Shown one piece after another: positions 10,879 through 22,619 of a stretch of DNA of 32,000 nucleotides. Below the pieces are notes generated by a model, which saw only the letters and a program-made list of their open reading frames with translations, was not told where the DNA came from and made no database searches. The position numbers and the translations under genes were made by a program. Position 1 is the first letter of the stretch; each line of letters starts with the position of its first letter. Source of the DNA: Mycobacterium leprae TN (GTDB lineage Bacteria > Actinomycetota > Actinomycetes > Mycobacteriales > Mycobacteriaceae); contig NC_002677.1 of assembly GCF_000195855.1 (NCBI RefSeq), positions 2,520,001 to 2,552,000 on the forward strand. The letters are read 5' to 3'.

Positions 10879-11613
10879 CTATCCGGCAGGTGCCCCCCGC
10901 ACCAATCACACACTCGGATTCCACACGTTACCCATGCGGTGCCGCAATAAGATTGCAAAGAACACCTTGTCGACATAGCCGACACTACTTACTGTCTTAC
11001 TGTCGATAATCGTAAACACCACTCTGCCAGGACAAGCAAACATCTATGATGGGTGGCAGGTTTGCGGACTACATGGTTCATGCCCCGGGGAGGCTTCACT
11101 GCTCAGCAGCACCAAACACAGACCTGGTTACCGAGCATGGCGCACCAATCAACGCGACCAGTCCGTCGACACAGTGCTAACAACAGATGCTGGTGTCTTT
11201 GCCGACATGCTGGCGTTCCACTCAGAAGCGGATGTCAGTGACCTGGACCGCCTAAGGCTGTGATCTAATGCGGCCGGGCGACACAGTTTCAACACCGTTG
11301 AATCAAGCACTCCGACTCGTGGCCGGTGGCAGAACCATCGTGCATAAATGCATACACCTTGCGTCAGGCTCCACTACACGGTATCCCTTGACACCCGATT
11401 CAGATCTTTCTACGCCCGATTCAGCTGATCGGATTGTTCTCATCCTGCCCACACCGCCAACTAGACACCTTTGAACACCTCTTTGACCAACCTGAGCGCA
11501 CACACCACCAATATGAACATCCTGATGGTCGAGGTTAGCCAGTCTAGATTATTTCCGGTAATGTCGTCGACCGCAAACCATCGGGATGAACTAAGCAGTC
11601 ACCACTGCTATAA

Positions 11614-12909
11614 CTATCGTGTTTCAATTGCGGTGTAGTCACGCTCTGTGTAGCCGGTGTATATTTGGCGCGGACGGCCAATCTTACTGTCACCCTCGTC
11701 GTGCATCTCACGCCAGTGCGCAATCCAGCCTGGCAGCCGACCCAAAGCAAACAACACGGTGAACATCCGGGTCGGAAAACCGAGGGCCCGGTAGATCAGA
11801 CCGGTGTAGAAGTCGACGTTCGGGTAAAGCTTGCGCTCGATGAAATAGTCATCGGTTAGCGCCGCCTCCTCGAGTCCCTTGGCAATGTTCAGCAAATCGT
11901 CATCGCCACCAAGTTTGACCAGGATCTTGTCAGCCTGTTCCTTGACGATGCGGGCCCGCGGATCGTAGTTCTTGTAGACGCGGTGACCAAAGCCCATCAA
12001 TTTCACACCGGCCTGGCAATTCTTTACTTTTTGGACAAATCCACCAACGTCGTCGCCACTCTCGCGGATACCTTCGAGCATCTCAAGCACCGCCTGGTTG
12101 GCACCGCCGTGCAGCGGTCCCCACAGCGCGTTAATGCCGCCCGAAATCGAGGTGAACAGGTTGGCTCGCGACGAGCCCACCAAACGCACGGTTGACGTCG
12201 AACAGTTTTGCTCGTGGTCAGCATGCAGGATAAACAGCATGTCCAGAGCCCGGACCACCTCAGGGTCGGGCTCATAGGGCTCAGCCGGCAAACCAAAAGT
12301 CATTCGAAGGAAGTTCTCTACTAGAGAAAACGCGTTGTCCGGGTAAAGGAACGGCTGGCCTACCGACTTCTTGTATGCATAGGCAGCGATAGTGGGCAGC
12401 TTGGCCAAGAGTCGGATCGTCGACAGCTCTACTTGGCCGTTGTCCATCGGGTCCAGTGCATCCTGATAGTAAGCACTCAATGCGTTGACCACGCTGGACA
12501 ACACCGGCATCGGGTGCGCGTTGCGCGGGAAGCCATCATAGAATCGCTTAAGGTCCTCGTGCAACATGGTGTGGCGCTGGATCCGATGGGTGAATTCGGC
12601 CAGCTGATCGGTGGCTGGTAACTCCCCATAGATCAGCAGATAGCAAACCTCTATGAAGGTCGACTTCTCGGCGAGCTGCTCAATCGGATAGCCGCGGTAA
12701 CGCAGAATCCCGGCGTCACCATCAATGTAGGTGATGGAACTCTTGGTGGATGCGGTGTTACCGTAGCCGACATCAAACGTAGTGTAACCGGTCTTGGCCA
12801 ATACCGGGACGATCGCAATGCCGTCATTACCTTCGGTGGCACGGACAATCTGTAGATCGATCTCGCCTCCCGGATACTTCAGAGTGACGGTGTCGTCGGT
12901 GTCGGCCAC
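11614..12909 (-). CDS. gltA2: Citrate synthase GltA2
   Basis: Intact 431-aa ORF with [104 protein letters not shown] and [13 protein letters not shown]. Confidence 0.98.
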   Translation of the reverse strand: MADTDDTVTLKYPGGEIDLQIVRATEGNDGIAIVPVLAKTGYTTFDVGYGNTASTKSSITYIDGDAGILRYRGYPIEQLAEKSTFIEVCYLLIYGELPATDQLAEFTHRIQRHTMLHEDLKRFYDGFPRNAHPMPVLSSVVNALSAYYQDALDPMDNGQVELSTIRLLAKLPTIAAYAYKKSVGQPFLYPDNAFSLVENFLRMTFGLPAEPYEPDPEVVRALDMLFILHADHEQNCSTSTVRLVGSSRANLFTSISGGINALWGPLHGGANQAVLEMLEGIRESGDDVGGFVQKVKNCQAGVKLMGFGHRVYKNYDPRARIVKEQADKILVKLGGDDDLLNIAKGLEEAALTDDYFIERKLYPNVDFYTGLIYRALGFPTRMFTVLFALGRLPGWIAHWREMHDEGDSKIGRPRQIYTGYTERDYTAIETR

Positions 12910-13157
12910 GAAAACCCCTTTGCGCTCTGGCTGATATTCCTGTTGGTATAGCTGTGAAGGTAGTCGTTACCTCAACAGAGCGCCTGCCCGGGGTCGGGTC
13001 TAGAAACCTCACAACAGTCCGTCCAGGCAAGCCCCGATCCGTCAAGGCGTGAGCTGGCCCTCAGCGCCCGGTAGCTAATCAATGCCGGCGCTAGCGAGGC
13101 GATTAACCATCGCCCATCACTTCCTGATGCCATTACCCGACGCACATCCTCACCTAG

Positions 13158-13817
13158 TTAAGGCTGCAGACGCTCGATACACCCGCCTGTCACCCGAATC
13201 CTGTTGTGCACCCGGTTTTCCCGGCCCTGCCAGAATTCCACCACCTCGGGCACAATGAGGTATCCGCCCCAATTCGGCGGCAACGGGATGAGCTCTGAAT
13301 CAGCAAAGCGCACGGTTACTTCTAGCAGCTGATCAAGTAACGCCGTCCTCGAGGCGATCGGCCGCGACTGATGCGACGCCCATGCCCCCAGTTGCGAGCC
13401 ACGCGGCCGTTTGGACCAGTAATCCTCGCTAACCTGCGGGTCGACCGTGCTCACTGGGCCGCGAATATGCACCTGCCGCCCCAGCTGATACCATGGGAAA
13501 GTCACCGAAGCATAAGGCGTGGCTGCCAGGTCGTCGCCCTTATCAGAATCATAATTGGTGAAGAAAATAATTCCTGCCTCATCGGCGCCCTTACACAACA
13601 CCGATCGGCTCACCGGCCTGCCGTTGGCCACGGTTGCCAGCACCATGGCATTGGGCTCGGCAACTCCGGCGCGCTCGGCGTCGTCAATCCACTTGCAGAA
13701 CAGCGTAAGCCAACCATCATATAGCCAATCCGTGTCGAGATCGGGGCTGCCGTCCTTCTCGACGGAGCCGTACTCCACCCGCATACCCGACAGATGCTGG
13801 TCGTCTGGTCCTGCCAC
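13158..13817 (-). CDS. pdxH: Pyridoxamine 5'-phosphate oxidase
   Basis: Intact 219-aa ORF with [64 protein letters not shown] and the C-terminal [17 protein letters not shown]...ERLQP signature. Confidence 0.97.
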   Translation of the reverse strand: MAGPDDQHLSGMRVEYGSVEKDGSPDLDTDWLYDGWLTLFCKWIDDAERAGVAEPNAMVLATVANGRPVSRSVLCKGADEAGIIFFTNYDSDKGDDLAATPYASVTFPWYQLGRQVHIRGPVSTVDPQVSEDYWSKRPRGSQLGAWASHQSRPIASRTALLDQLLEVTVRFADSELIPLPPNWGGYLIVPEVVEFWQGRENRVHNRIRVTGGCIERLQP

Positions 13818-13889
13818 CGCGCCAACACTACCCGCAGGGTGTTACTGGACAGTAACATCGGCCCGGGGACAGGTGGGAGAATTTTGCCT

Positions 13890-15016
13890 ATGCCCCTGTG
13901 GTACCAACAGACTCTGTGCCTAACCTGTACGACTTGGTCGTGGCCTTTACCACCGGAGATCACCAAGCCGGACAAAGACGGTGACGCGCTGCGCTACCGC
14001 GGTATTGCCATCAAGAATCCGGTGCACCAACGAATAACATTCGGTGACGTATAGGCGTTGCTGATCGACAGAACATTCGGCAGCAGCCCTCCCCCGGAGG
14101 AGCCATTCCCGCTGCCAATCCACACTGGCTATGTGCGTGTCGATGTCCAGGCAGGCCTGATGATGCCGGCGCCCATCTGAGGAAAGCCGTTGGACATCGA
14201 CGACGCCACCACTCGTGAGCAGCTGTCCCGGGCATCGACAATAGCACTGCCCTATGTCGCGCAGTCCGTACGCGACATCTATCAGCTAGCAGTCCCGCAA
14301 CGAACAATTGATGAATGCCAAACGGCCACAGCAGGTTTTATGACTCGCTGGCAGGGCGATCCCGACCCCAAACATATCGAGGCCATCGACGTCTATTAGG
14401 TGGTAGACGCCGAGCACAGCATGAACGCTTCGACGTTCACCGCTCGGTTCATCACCTGGACTGGCAGGGACTCGGCAGCGGCATTGTCTGGAGCAATCGG
14501 TGCGATGAGTGGACCGCGCTGCACGGTGAGGCGGCGGCCCGGATGCTGCCAATGCTAGAGGAGGTCGAGCGCAACGGGTAGGCACGTAGCCTGGTAAAGG
14601 GGATCCTGGAGCGCGGAGAAAAGCTGATGGAGTTCGGGCACCGGATCCATAGCGCGGAGGATCCCCGGGCGCGGGTACTGCAAGCCACCTACGAACAGCT
14701 GGGCATACCGCGCCACGAAGTCGCTGTCGCGCTGGAGCAAGCCGCGCTAGCGGAGCTACGGGAGCGCTGTCCGGATTGTGCCATCGAGACTAACGTCGAA
14801 TTCTGGGCAGCTGTGATCCTGGACTTCGCCCGGGTTCCTGCCAATATGATGCTGGTGATGTTCACTTGTGGTCGGACCGCGGGCTGGTGCACCCACATTC
14901 TCGAGCAGAAACGACTCGGCAAACTCGTCCGCCTTTCAGCCATCTATGTGGGATCCCAAGCACGTAACCCAAAGTCCGTTAACGTCTGGTACCACATTCT
15001 CTGCGCGAAAGCCTAG
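13890..15016 (+). pseudogene. citA: Second citrate synthase (CitA, Rv0889c-like) remnant
   Basis: Fragments across frames: DKDGDALRYRGIAIKNPVHQRITFGDV; PFPLPIHTGYVRVDVQAGL; DIDDATTREQLSRASTIALPYVAQSVRDIYQLAVPQRTIDE; AALSGAIGAMSGPLHGEAAARMLPMLEEVERNG; GILERGEKLMEFGHRI; AIETNVEFWAAVILDFARVPANMMLVMFTCGRTAGWCTHILEQKRLGKLVR. It contains frameshifts and at least two stops. Confidence 0.93.
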
Positions 15017-15344
15017 AATAGAATTCCTCAGCGAAGTCATATATCTGCGATCAATGGATGCCCGGTTTTCGCCGACTCACCGAACTTATCCCAACCTGCA
15101 GAGCTCATCCAGTCTCGTGGTGCGACGATCAATTCCATTAGCCACCGCTATGTCGCCGATAGCACCAAGAACCGAAAGTACCACTGGCTGCAATACTGCA
15201 GTGCTTGCGCCACATAGCGGTCGGTGCCCAGTGATAAATGGCCAGCGCCCGATAAATGTGCATCGCACGCCGGTCAAGAGACATTGACCCCGATGCGGAG
15301 ACTGGTACGGGACTGGCCTGCAAAATCGACGGCAAGAAAATCGC

Positions 15345-15750
15345 CAGGGACATCAACGTCGAGCCCGAATTGTCCCCACATCTGGTAGTTTACGACGTCA
15401 CCAGGTCGTTTAATTCTACGCAAGGCTTTTGGCCGGTGTCGAACTAGCGCGCGCCCGGTCCCGACGGCAAACTGATCCATGCACCGTGCGCATCAACGGC
15501 TTCGCGGTGCCGCTCAACGACCACTTGCCGGAAACATGTGGCAGCAAGTCGATGACTCCGACGTCACTGGGCGGAACACCGGTAACTATTCACCTAACAA
15601 TGACCGACGTGGACAATAAATTCCAGCGAGCGCTGGCACACTGGTGCCACCGTGGTGGTGTCGCTGGCGGACCAGTTCTGGGATGACCGTTACAATGTGA
15701 CCGCTGACCTGTTCGGTCCAACGCTGGCCCCCGGGACAGCCAGTCCGCAA
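15345..15750 (+). pseudogene. VOC/glyoxalase-PhnB-like protein remnant (Rv0887c-like)
   Basis: EPELSPHLVVYDVTRSF; VRINGFAVPLNDHLPETCGSKSMTPTSLGGTPVTIHLTMTDVDNKFQRAL; then ADQFWDDRYNVTADLFGPT in another frame. This order matches PhnB-like proteins. Confidence 0.75.
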
Positions 15751-15812
15751 GGCCAGCATAGATGAGATCGGAGCGGCGATCTCTGGGCAGATAGGCAGTT
15801 AGTTCGAGCTGA

Positions 15813-17480
15813 CTACGACAGGGCACGCAGCCGCAGCGGCGGCGCGCCGGCTGCAACCGCCAGCATGTCGGCGACATCGGTGAACTTGCGGCGTGGCCGG
15901 CCTTCGGTACTGCCCTGCGCGATCTCGGCGGCGTCGATGGCCCGCCATCCCACGGAGTCGACAGTATCGGGTTGGCGGGCGTGCACCAGCTTGGCTAGCT
16001 CCGCCGGCTCAGCCACCGGGTCGGTCAGCCAGCCGGCGTTGAAGTCGGCGACCACGGCCTGAACGGTTTGAACCGAGCACAACTTGTTAGTGCCGATGAA
16101 GCCTGTTGGTCCACGTTTGATCCAGCCAGCCACATAGGCGCCGGGCATCGGACGGCCCCGACTCGGGTCGACCACACGGCCACCGTCATTCGGGATTACC
16201 GCCGCTTCCTCGTCGAATGGCAGATCGCGAATCCGTTTGCCGCGGTAACCAACCGATGTCAGCACCAGGCCCGCATCGAACCGACGTGATTCTTCGGTGC
16301 CGGTAACCGAGAACTCAACACCGGTAGCGCGCTGGTTACCAAGCACGCGCTTGGGCGTGAGCTGATAGGCCAGCCGGATTCGCCGCCGCGAAGTCGGCTT
16401 CGAACTATCAACAAGACTGCTCAAGACCTCCAGTTTCTTTCTGGTCAAACTGTCTGATACGGTCGCGAAATCACCTTCCACCAACTTGCGGTCACCGGCG
16501 TCGAGTACCACCTCAGACGTGGCCTTCAACCCGATCAGCTCGGGCAAGGTGAACGCCGAGTGCGCGGGGCCACGACGGGCGGCGACCACCACTTCGCGGA
16601 CCGCGGAGCCGCCCAACACGTGCAGTGCAAACTCGGAAATATCGGTCCGGGCCAAGTTGTCCGGATCGGCAGTGAGCAACCGTGCCACATCGAGGGCGAC
16701 ATTGCCATTACCGATGACTACTACGCGTTCATGACTGAGATCGACTGGTAGATAAGCAAAGTCGGGATGAGCGTTGATCCAGGCTACTAGCTCGGTAGCG
16801 GTTCCAGTACCCGGGATACCCATCCCGTCGATGTTCAGACGACGATCATCAGGCGCACCGACCGCATACAGCACAGCATGGTGATGGGCCAACAATTCGT
16901 CGTGGCTCAAGTGCCTACCTATCTCGACGTTGAGAAAAAAACGGAAGCGGCGATGCTCGGCGACCCGGTCGAAGAGCTCAGTCACCTTTTTCGTGTTCTG
17001 GTGATCGGGCGCCAACCCGGCGCGAACCAAACCGTAAGGGGTAGGTAACTTCTCGAACACATTAACCCACACCCCAGGTTGAGTAAGCAGCTCATCGGCA
17101 GCATACATTGCCGCTGGACCGGACCCGACGATGGCCACGGTCAGCGGGCGACGACGAACATGTACCTGTGCGGCCGGGATGACCGGAGCCAACTTCGAGG
17201 TCGGCGGAAGTTTCAGGTCAATGGGCCGCGCCGGGTAATACGACGCGTTGATCTCGATAAACGGCAGCTGCTTAGGCGCCAACCGGGTGTCGGATGCAAT
17301 AGCACCAACCGGACAGGCGCTCACACAGGCGCCACAATCCACACAGGCTACAGGATCGATATAAAGCATCTCCGAAGTAGCGAACCCCGGCTCGTCCGGT
17401 GTTGGGTGAATGCAATTCACCGGGCAAGCAAACACACAAGACCCATCGTTGCAGCACGACTGGGTGATGATATACGGCAT
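15813..17480 (-). CDS. fprB: Ferredoxin/ferredoxin-NADP(+) reductase FprB
   Basis: Intact 555-aa ORF. The N-terminal ferredoxin domain has CCNDGSCVFACPVNCIHPTPDE and CVDCGACVSACPVGAI. The FAD/NADP domains have VAIVGSGPAAMYAADELL and VVVIGNGNVALDVARLL. Confidence 0.97.
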   Translation of the reverse strand: MPYIITQSCCNDGSCVFACPVNCIHPTPDEPGFATSEMLYIDPVACVDCGACVSACPVGAIASDTRLAPKQLPFIEINASYYPARPIDLKLPPTSKLAPVIPAAQVHVRRRPLTVAIVGSGPAAMYAADELLTQPGVWVNVFEKLPTPYGLVRAGLAPDHQNTKKVTELFDRVAEHRRFRFFLNVEIGRHLSHDELLAHHHAVLYAVGAPDDRRLNIDGMGIPGTGTATELVAWINAHPDFAYLPVDLSHERVVVIGNGNVALDVARLLTADPDNLARTDISEFALHVLGGSAVREVVVAARRGPAHSAFTLPELIGLKATSEVVLDAGDRKLVEGDFATVSDSLTRKKLEVLSSLVDSSKPTSRRRIRLAYQLTPKRVLGNQRATGVEFSVTGTEESRRFDAGLVLTSVGYRGKRIRDLPFDEEAAVIPNDGGRVVDPSRGRPMPGAYVAGWIKRGPTGFIGTNKLCSVQTVQAVVADFNAGWLTDPVAEPAELAKLVHARQPDTVDSVGWRAIDAAEIAQGSTEGRPRRKFTDVADMLAVAAGAPPLRLRALS

Positions 17481-17495
17481 AGAAACTCGTAAAGC

Positions 17496-18521
17496 TTAAG
17501 CGGCAGATGTCGTCGCCGGGTGCTGACGCTGCGGCTCACCACGATAACGCGACGGCTGCCCATCGATCTTGCATATATGCCACATGAGCCGCGCAGAGCG
17601 CGTCTCCATAAGCCTGGTGTCGTAGGCCAGCATCCGGACATCGGCGAAGATGTCACGCAACAATTTTCGTGACTCCGGTGACCGGAAGAACAGCTCCTTC
17701 TTGACTTCACGCGGAATGTTGAACTCCTGCCAGAAAGCCTTGGGCGGAACCATGATTGCGTTACACAACACCCGCATCGTTAGTGGATAATACAACGAGA
17801 CCCAGAAAAGCTGTCGCTTGGTCAAGTGCGTTAACCGCTTACGCAAGAACTCGTGAGCGAAGGAGATGTGTCGCGCCTCCTCGGCCACGTGAATGGCCAT
17901 CACCCTCTCCATGATCGGATGCAGCGACTTGCCTTCGCGTAGCACGTTCTTCTGCATGTGGTCGATGGGTTCCTCACCGGCGAGCACACCGATGAAGAAA
18001 GCCACCGGCAACGGCCCGGCGACCAACGGCACCAACGGCGAAAGCCAACGCAGTCTGCGCGGCATGCCCGGAACGTCCGCGCCAACGCGGTTGACCATTT
18101 CCTGGAACATCATCGTGTGGTTGCACTCTTCAACACATTCATGCAAGCAATACCGATACTCCGGTGATCCGTTCGGCATCCAAAACGTGTAATTCATCAG
18201 ACCTCGGACCAAAATGGATTCGAAGTGCAGCCCAACCTTGGCCACGTTGGCCTGACGCCACATCCCGATCTCGATCTTGCGTTGTTCCGGCTGCGCCAGA
18301 TACCAGGGATGACGACCCAGCGGGTCAGTATCCGGCAAGATCCACCGCGGGTCGTTGTCCTTTACCGCGAACGCTGGTGATTCCCAATCGATATCGGTGT
18401 ACGGATTGAAGTTGCGCCGCACCGACCCCTCAGACAATGTGGTGAGCATGCCCACATAGTCGGTGTCATCGCGCACCTCCATGTTGTTGCGCCAACGCCG
18501 AACCATTCGCGTCCTGGCCAT
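17496..18521 (-). CDS. AurF-like di-iron oxygenase family protein (Rv0885-like)
   Basis: ORF 17496..18545; ATG at 18521 gives MARTRMVRRWRNNMEVRDD, about 341 aa. Carboxylate/His motifs HECVEECNHTMMFQEM and HVAEEARHISFAHEFL are typical of ferritin-like di-iron enzymes. It ends 15 bp upstream of fprB on the same strand. Confidence 0.85.
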   Translation of the reverse strand: MARTRMVRRWRNNMEVRDDTDYVGMLTTLSEGSVRRNFNPYTDIDWESPAFAVKDNDPRWILPDTDPLGRHPWYLAQPEQRKIEIGMWRQANVAKVGLHFESILVRGLMNYTFWMPNGSPEYRYCLHECVEECNHTMMFQEMVNRVGADVPGMPRRLRWLSPLVPLVAGPLPVAFFIGVLAGEEPIDHMQKNVLREGKSLHPIMERVMAIHVAEEARHISFAHEFLRKRLTHLTKRQLFWVSLYYPLTMRVLCNAIMVPPKAFWQEFNIPREVKKELFFRSPESRKLLRDIFADVRMLAYDTRLMETRSARLMWHICKIDGQPSRYRGEPQRQHPATTSAA

Positions 18522-18572
18522 CACAGCCTCCTCGATGAGGTTCATAAATTAATTCTGGACGTGTAAAGTATA

Positions 18573-18589
18573 CAGTACCGTAGGTACTG
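18573..18589. promoter_or_regulatory. Perfect palindrome CAGTACC-GTA-GGTACTG in the divergent intergenic region between the Rv0885-like gene and serC
   Basis: Read directly from the sequence: 7-bp arms with a 3-bp spacer, 51 bp upstream of the proposed start of the Rv0885-like gene and about 145 bp upstream of serC. A regulatory role is inferred. Confidence 0.4.
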
Positions 18590-18674
18590 GGAATTCTCCA
18601 GATCTTTCTTGGTTGCCGGGACCCGTGCCGCAGTGTGAATTGTCTCACTCTACAGCGCCGTCGCGCGTAGCTAG

Positions 18675-19865
<1,191 letters not shown>

Positions 19866-19982
19866 CGCGGCGCTCATCGACCCCCAATAACTCAGCGTGT
19901 CAGCACGGCTCCGGGCATTTGCTGTACTAAAATGCGCAACAGGTTCAGTGCTGACCCTGCACGGAGTCTGCGAGGAGAAGCC

Positions 19983-20738
19983 ATGCGGGAACTCAAAGTC
20001 GTCGGGCTCGATCCCGACAGCAAAACCATCCTCTGCGAAGGTGACATCCCTGGTGAACGGTTCAAGCTGCCGGCTGACGACCGGCTACGTGCAGCCGTGC
20101 GCGGCGACACGACGTTGCTGGACCAACCGCAGCTCGACATCCAAGTCACCAACATGCTGAGCCCTAAAGAAATTCAGGCCCGAATTCGGGCTGGCGCCTC
20201 CGTCGAACAGGTGGCCATGGCGTCGGGGTCCGACATCGCGCGGATCCGCCGATTCGCCCACCCGGTGCTGTTAGAACGTTCACGCGCAGCTGAGCTGGCC
20301 ACTGCCGCACATCCAGTCCTCGCCGATGGCCCGGCCGTGCTGACACTCTTGGAGACCGTCAGCGCTGCGCTGGTGAAGCGTGGCCTCGAACCAGACAAGC
20401 TGAGCTGGGACGCCTGGCGCAATGAAGACAGCCGCTGGACAGTGCAACTCATGTGGCATGCCGGCCGTTCCGACAACCTCGCACATTTCTGCTTCACTCC
20501 CGGCGCTCACGGCGGAACCGTAACCGCAAGCGATGACGCGGCTAATGAACTCATTGACCCGGACTTTAACCGTCCGTTACGCCCGCTGGCACGGGTAGCA
20601 CACCTCGACTTTGTTGAACCCGCGACACCGGCGACCGTCACGCCGGACAACCAACTAGTGAGCAGCCGACGAGGCAAGCCCACCATTCCAGCTTGGGAGG
20701 ATGTCCTGCTCGGAGTGCGCTCAGCCGGGCAGCGCTGA
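19983..20738 (+). CDS. sepH: Septation protein SepH family (Rv0883c-like, DUF3071)
   Basis: ATG at 19983 with RBS GAGGAG gives MRELKVVGLDPDSKTILCEGD..., about 251 aa. It contains LSPKEIQARIRAGASVEQVAMASGSDIARIRRFAHPVLLER and the C-terminal tail KPTIPAWEDVLLGVRS, both characteristic of the family. Confidence 0.9.
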   Translation: MRELKVVGLDPDSKTILCEGDIPGERFKLPADDRLRAAVRGDTTLLDQPQLDIQVTNMLSPKEIQARIRAGASVEQVAMASGSDIARIRRFAHPVLLERSRAAELATAAHPVLADGPAVLTLLETVSAALVKRGLEPDKLSWDAWRNEDSRWTVQLMWHAGRSDNLAHFCFTPGAHGGTVTASDDAANELIDPDFNRPLRPLARVAHLDFVEPATPATVTPDNQLVSSRRGKPTIPAWEDVLLGVRSAGQR

Positions 20739-20769
20739 TGACTTGATAAACCAGCCCAGACCGGTAGAC

Positions 20770-21090
20770 CCGACCCAATGCAATCAATACGAGCAGCGTC
20801 TCAGCAACACCCCCCGTCACACCAATTCCCGTGCTTAGCACAAGATCGCGGTGCGCCGCTAACCCCACAACGTCGGCGCCAGCCCGCCACCCACGACGAT
20901 GTTAAGCCCGACTGCCAACAGCGGATGTACCCGAATCAGGCCGAGACACTCAGCACCACGACCCCGGAGACAATAACCACGACATCAATACCCTGCCCAC
21001 CGTCAAATCGTTGCCCAGGACTGAGATTGGTCGTGCTCGCTGCCCCTCTCACTCACAAGCACTCACAAGCCCAAGCCGAGCCTGATCGCT
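20770..21090 (-). pseudogene. Probable remnant of a small membrane protein (Rv0882-like)
   Basis: Only broken hydrophobic minus-strand stretches (GVAETLLVLIALGRVYRSGLV; DVVVIVSGVVVLSVS) at the position expected for Rv0882, between sepH and the rRNA methyltransferase remnant. Confidence 0.45.
21050..21070. repeat. Two tandem copies of a 10-bp unit (ACTCACAAGC)
   Basis: Direct reading: ctc actcacaagc actcacaagc ccaagcc. Confidence 0.8.
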
Positions 21091-21159
21091 CGACTCCCTT
21101 CACTCCTGGCCGCGAAGTTCATCGTCGCCGAACCTTAACCCTCTAGTAGAAGACCCACA

Positions 21160-21975
21160 GCCGAAGCGGCATTAGCGAGTCAATGCCCCGCGACATTAGG
21201 ATACGAACCGGCATACGCCTTAACTAACCGCAGAATAGAGGTCAATCCCGGACCCTCTGCACCCTACCAGCACTGCAATCCATTCATCGCGCACCGCCGT
21301 CATCACCTCCGGCAGCGCGCACGCTTCGCGGTTTGGAGTCATCGTCAACACGAGAAAGCATCGTCCTTTGTTTAGAGTCACGAAACCGACGAGCCAGCCG
21401 GTTGCTCGTCGGGCAGACCACAGTAAAAATCAAAGCGTGAGCCCATAAATACCTGTACCACACGCTAGTGTAGCAGATCAGCGCAGCCGGGGCCGAACAC
21501 CACCGTGTCCACTCCCAACCCCACCGCGTTGCGAAATATTGAACCCAGGTTCTCGTGGTTGTTGACATCCTCGAGCACCGCTACCTTCCGGGCTCCGACG
21601 ACCACCTGCGCCACACTTGGCTCGGGCACCCATCTCACGGCGGCCAACACTCCACGGTTGAGGTGGAAGCCAACCACCCGAGTCATTGACACCGGCGTAC
21701 ACTTGTATAGTAGGGCACCTGAATGTCGCTGGCATCGGCCAGATCGTCCTTGCGCTCAACCAATCTGCGGTCGATACCCAGCCTAAATGGGGACGCTAGC
21801 ATGCGCCGTACAACCAGCACGCACTCGACGATTACCAGTCCTACCAGTCCTCTGCCGGTCGGCAGATCCGAACGACGATCGATGCTGTTCAAGTCGCGAA
21901 AATCATCGAGTTGCGGATCCTCAGGATTGTTGACGCCTTGAACATCGAGTTCATACAGACCAGCAACGCCATAAA
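21160..21975 (-). pseudogene. SpoU/TrmH-family rRNA methyltransferase remnant (Rv0881-like)
   Basis: Fragments VQGVNNPEDPQLDDFRDLNSIDRRSDLPTGRGL; VVGFHLNRGVLAAVRWVPEPSVAQVVVGARKVAVLEDVNNHENLGSIFRNAVGLGVDTVVFGPGCADLL* (premature stop); and VRILMSRGIDSL near 21190, in different frames. Confidence 0.88.
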
Positions 21976-21984
21976 AGCGTGAGG

Positions 21985-22416
21985 TCACGGGCTTTCGTCA
22001 ATCAACTCCAAGATCAGATCGGCGGCATTGCGCAGGATGTCACGTTTATCGCTATTCAGCGTCATCAGCCGCTCGACCAGCCATTCCTGGCGGGCGCGCC
22101 GGGCTGCCTTAACCAATTCGGCACCGGACTGCGATACCGAGACCAGCACTTGTCGCCCATCGACAGGGTGTGGCTCACGGTCCACGAACCCCATATCAGC
22201 CAACGATGCGATCACCCGAGTCATCGACGGTGGCCGGACTCGTTCGCGAATCGCTAAGGCGCCAGGCGTCATGGCGCCCTCGTTGGCCAACGTCGTCAGC
22301 GCAGACAGCTGCGACAGCGACACCGGCGATTGCGGGTTCCGGAACCGTAGTTGGCGGGCCAGCCGCATTACGGCCAATGATAAGTCGCTGGCCAGCCGCG
22401 CATCGCTGTCAAGCAT
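21985..22416 (-). CDS. MarR-family transcriptional regulator (Rv0880-like)
   Basis: Intact 143-aa ORF. Winged-helix motifs: [66 protein letters not shown]. Confidence 0.93.
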   Translation of the reverse strand: MLDSDARLASDLSLAVMRLARQLRFRNPQSPVSLSQLSALTTLANEGAMTPGALAIRERVRPPSMTRVIASLADMGFVDREPHPVDGRQVLVSVSQSGAELVKAARRARQEWLVERLMTLNSDKRDILRNAADLILELIDESP

Positions 22417-22619
22417 GGCGCGAGGTTACATCGGAACCTAAGAATTCGGGTCAGAAACGACGAACGACGGACTTCGATCCTTTTCGCTGTGCTGCTGCAA
22501 TTGCCGACGTTTTTCATTGACGCCCGGTCTAGCTAAGTGCCCAGCTCTCTCCCACGAGTGTGGGACATCACCTCAGGCCGCAGCACCGTGTACTTCGTTG
22601 CCGAGCTAAATTGGATAAG

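Noticed and set aside
12651-12848. 65-aa minus/antisense-type ORFs over gltA2, pdxH, prrA and serC
   Set aside because: The alternative-frame or antisense ORFs in these intact genes lack their own domains and are compositional artefacts of GC-rich coding DNA.
15590-15877. 95-aa minus-strand ORF at the fprB 3' end
   Set aside because: Its only protein-like features overlap fprB out of frame and the VOC remnant on the opposite strand. No domain was seen.
17079-17492. 137-aa plus-strand ORF over the 5' part of fprB
   Set aside because: It is an antisense shadow of the ferredoxin/reductase coding region.
22028-22441. 137-aa plus-strand ORF
   Set aside because: It is the antisense of the clear MarR-family gene and its translation has no recognisable domain. 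High-GC antisense ORFs are expected.
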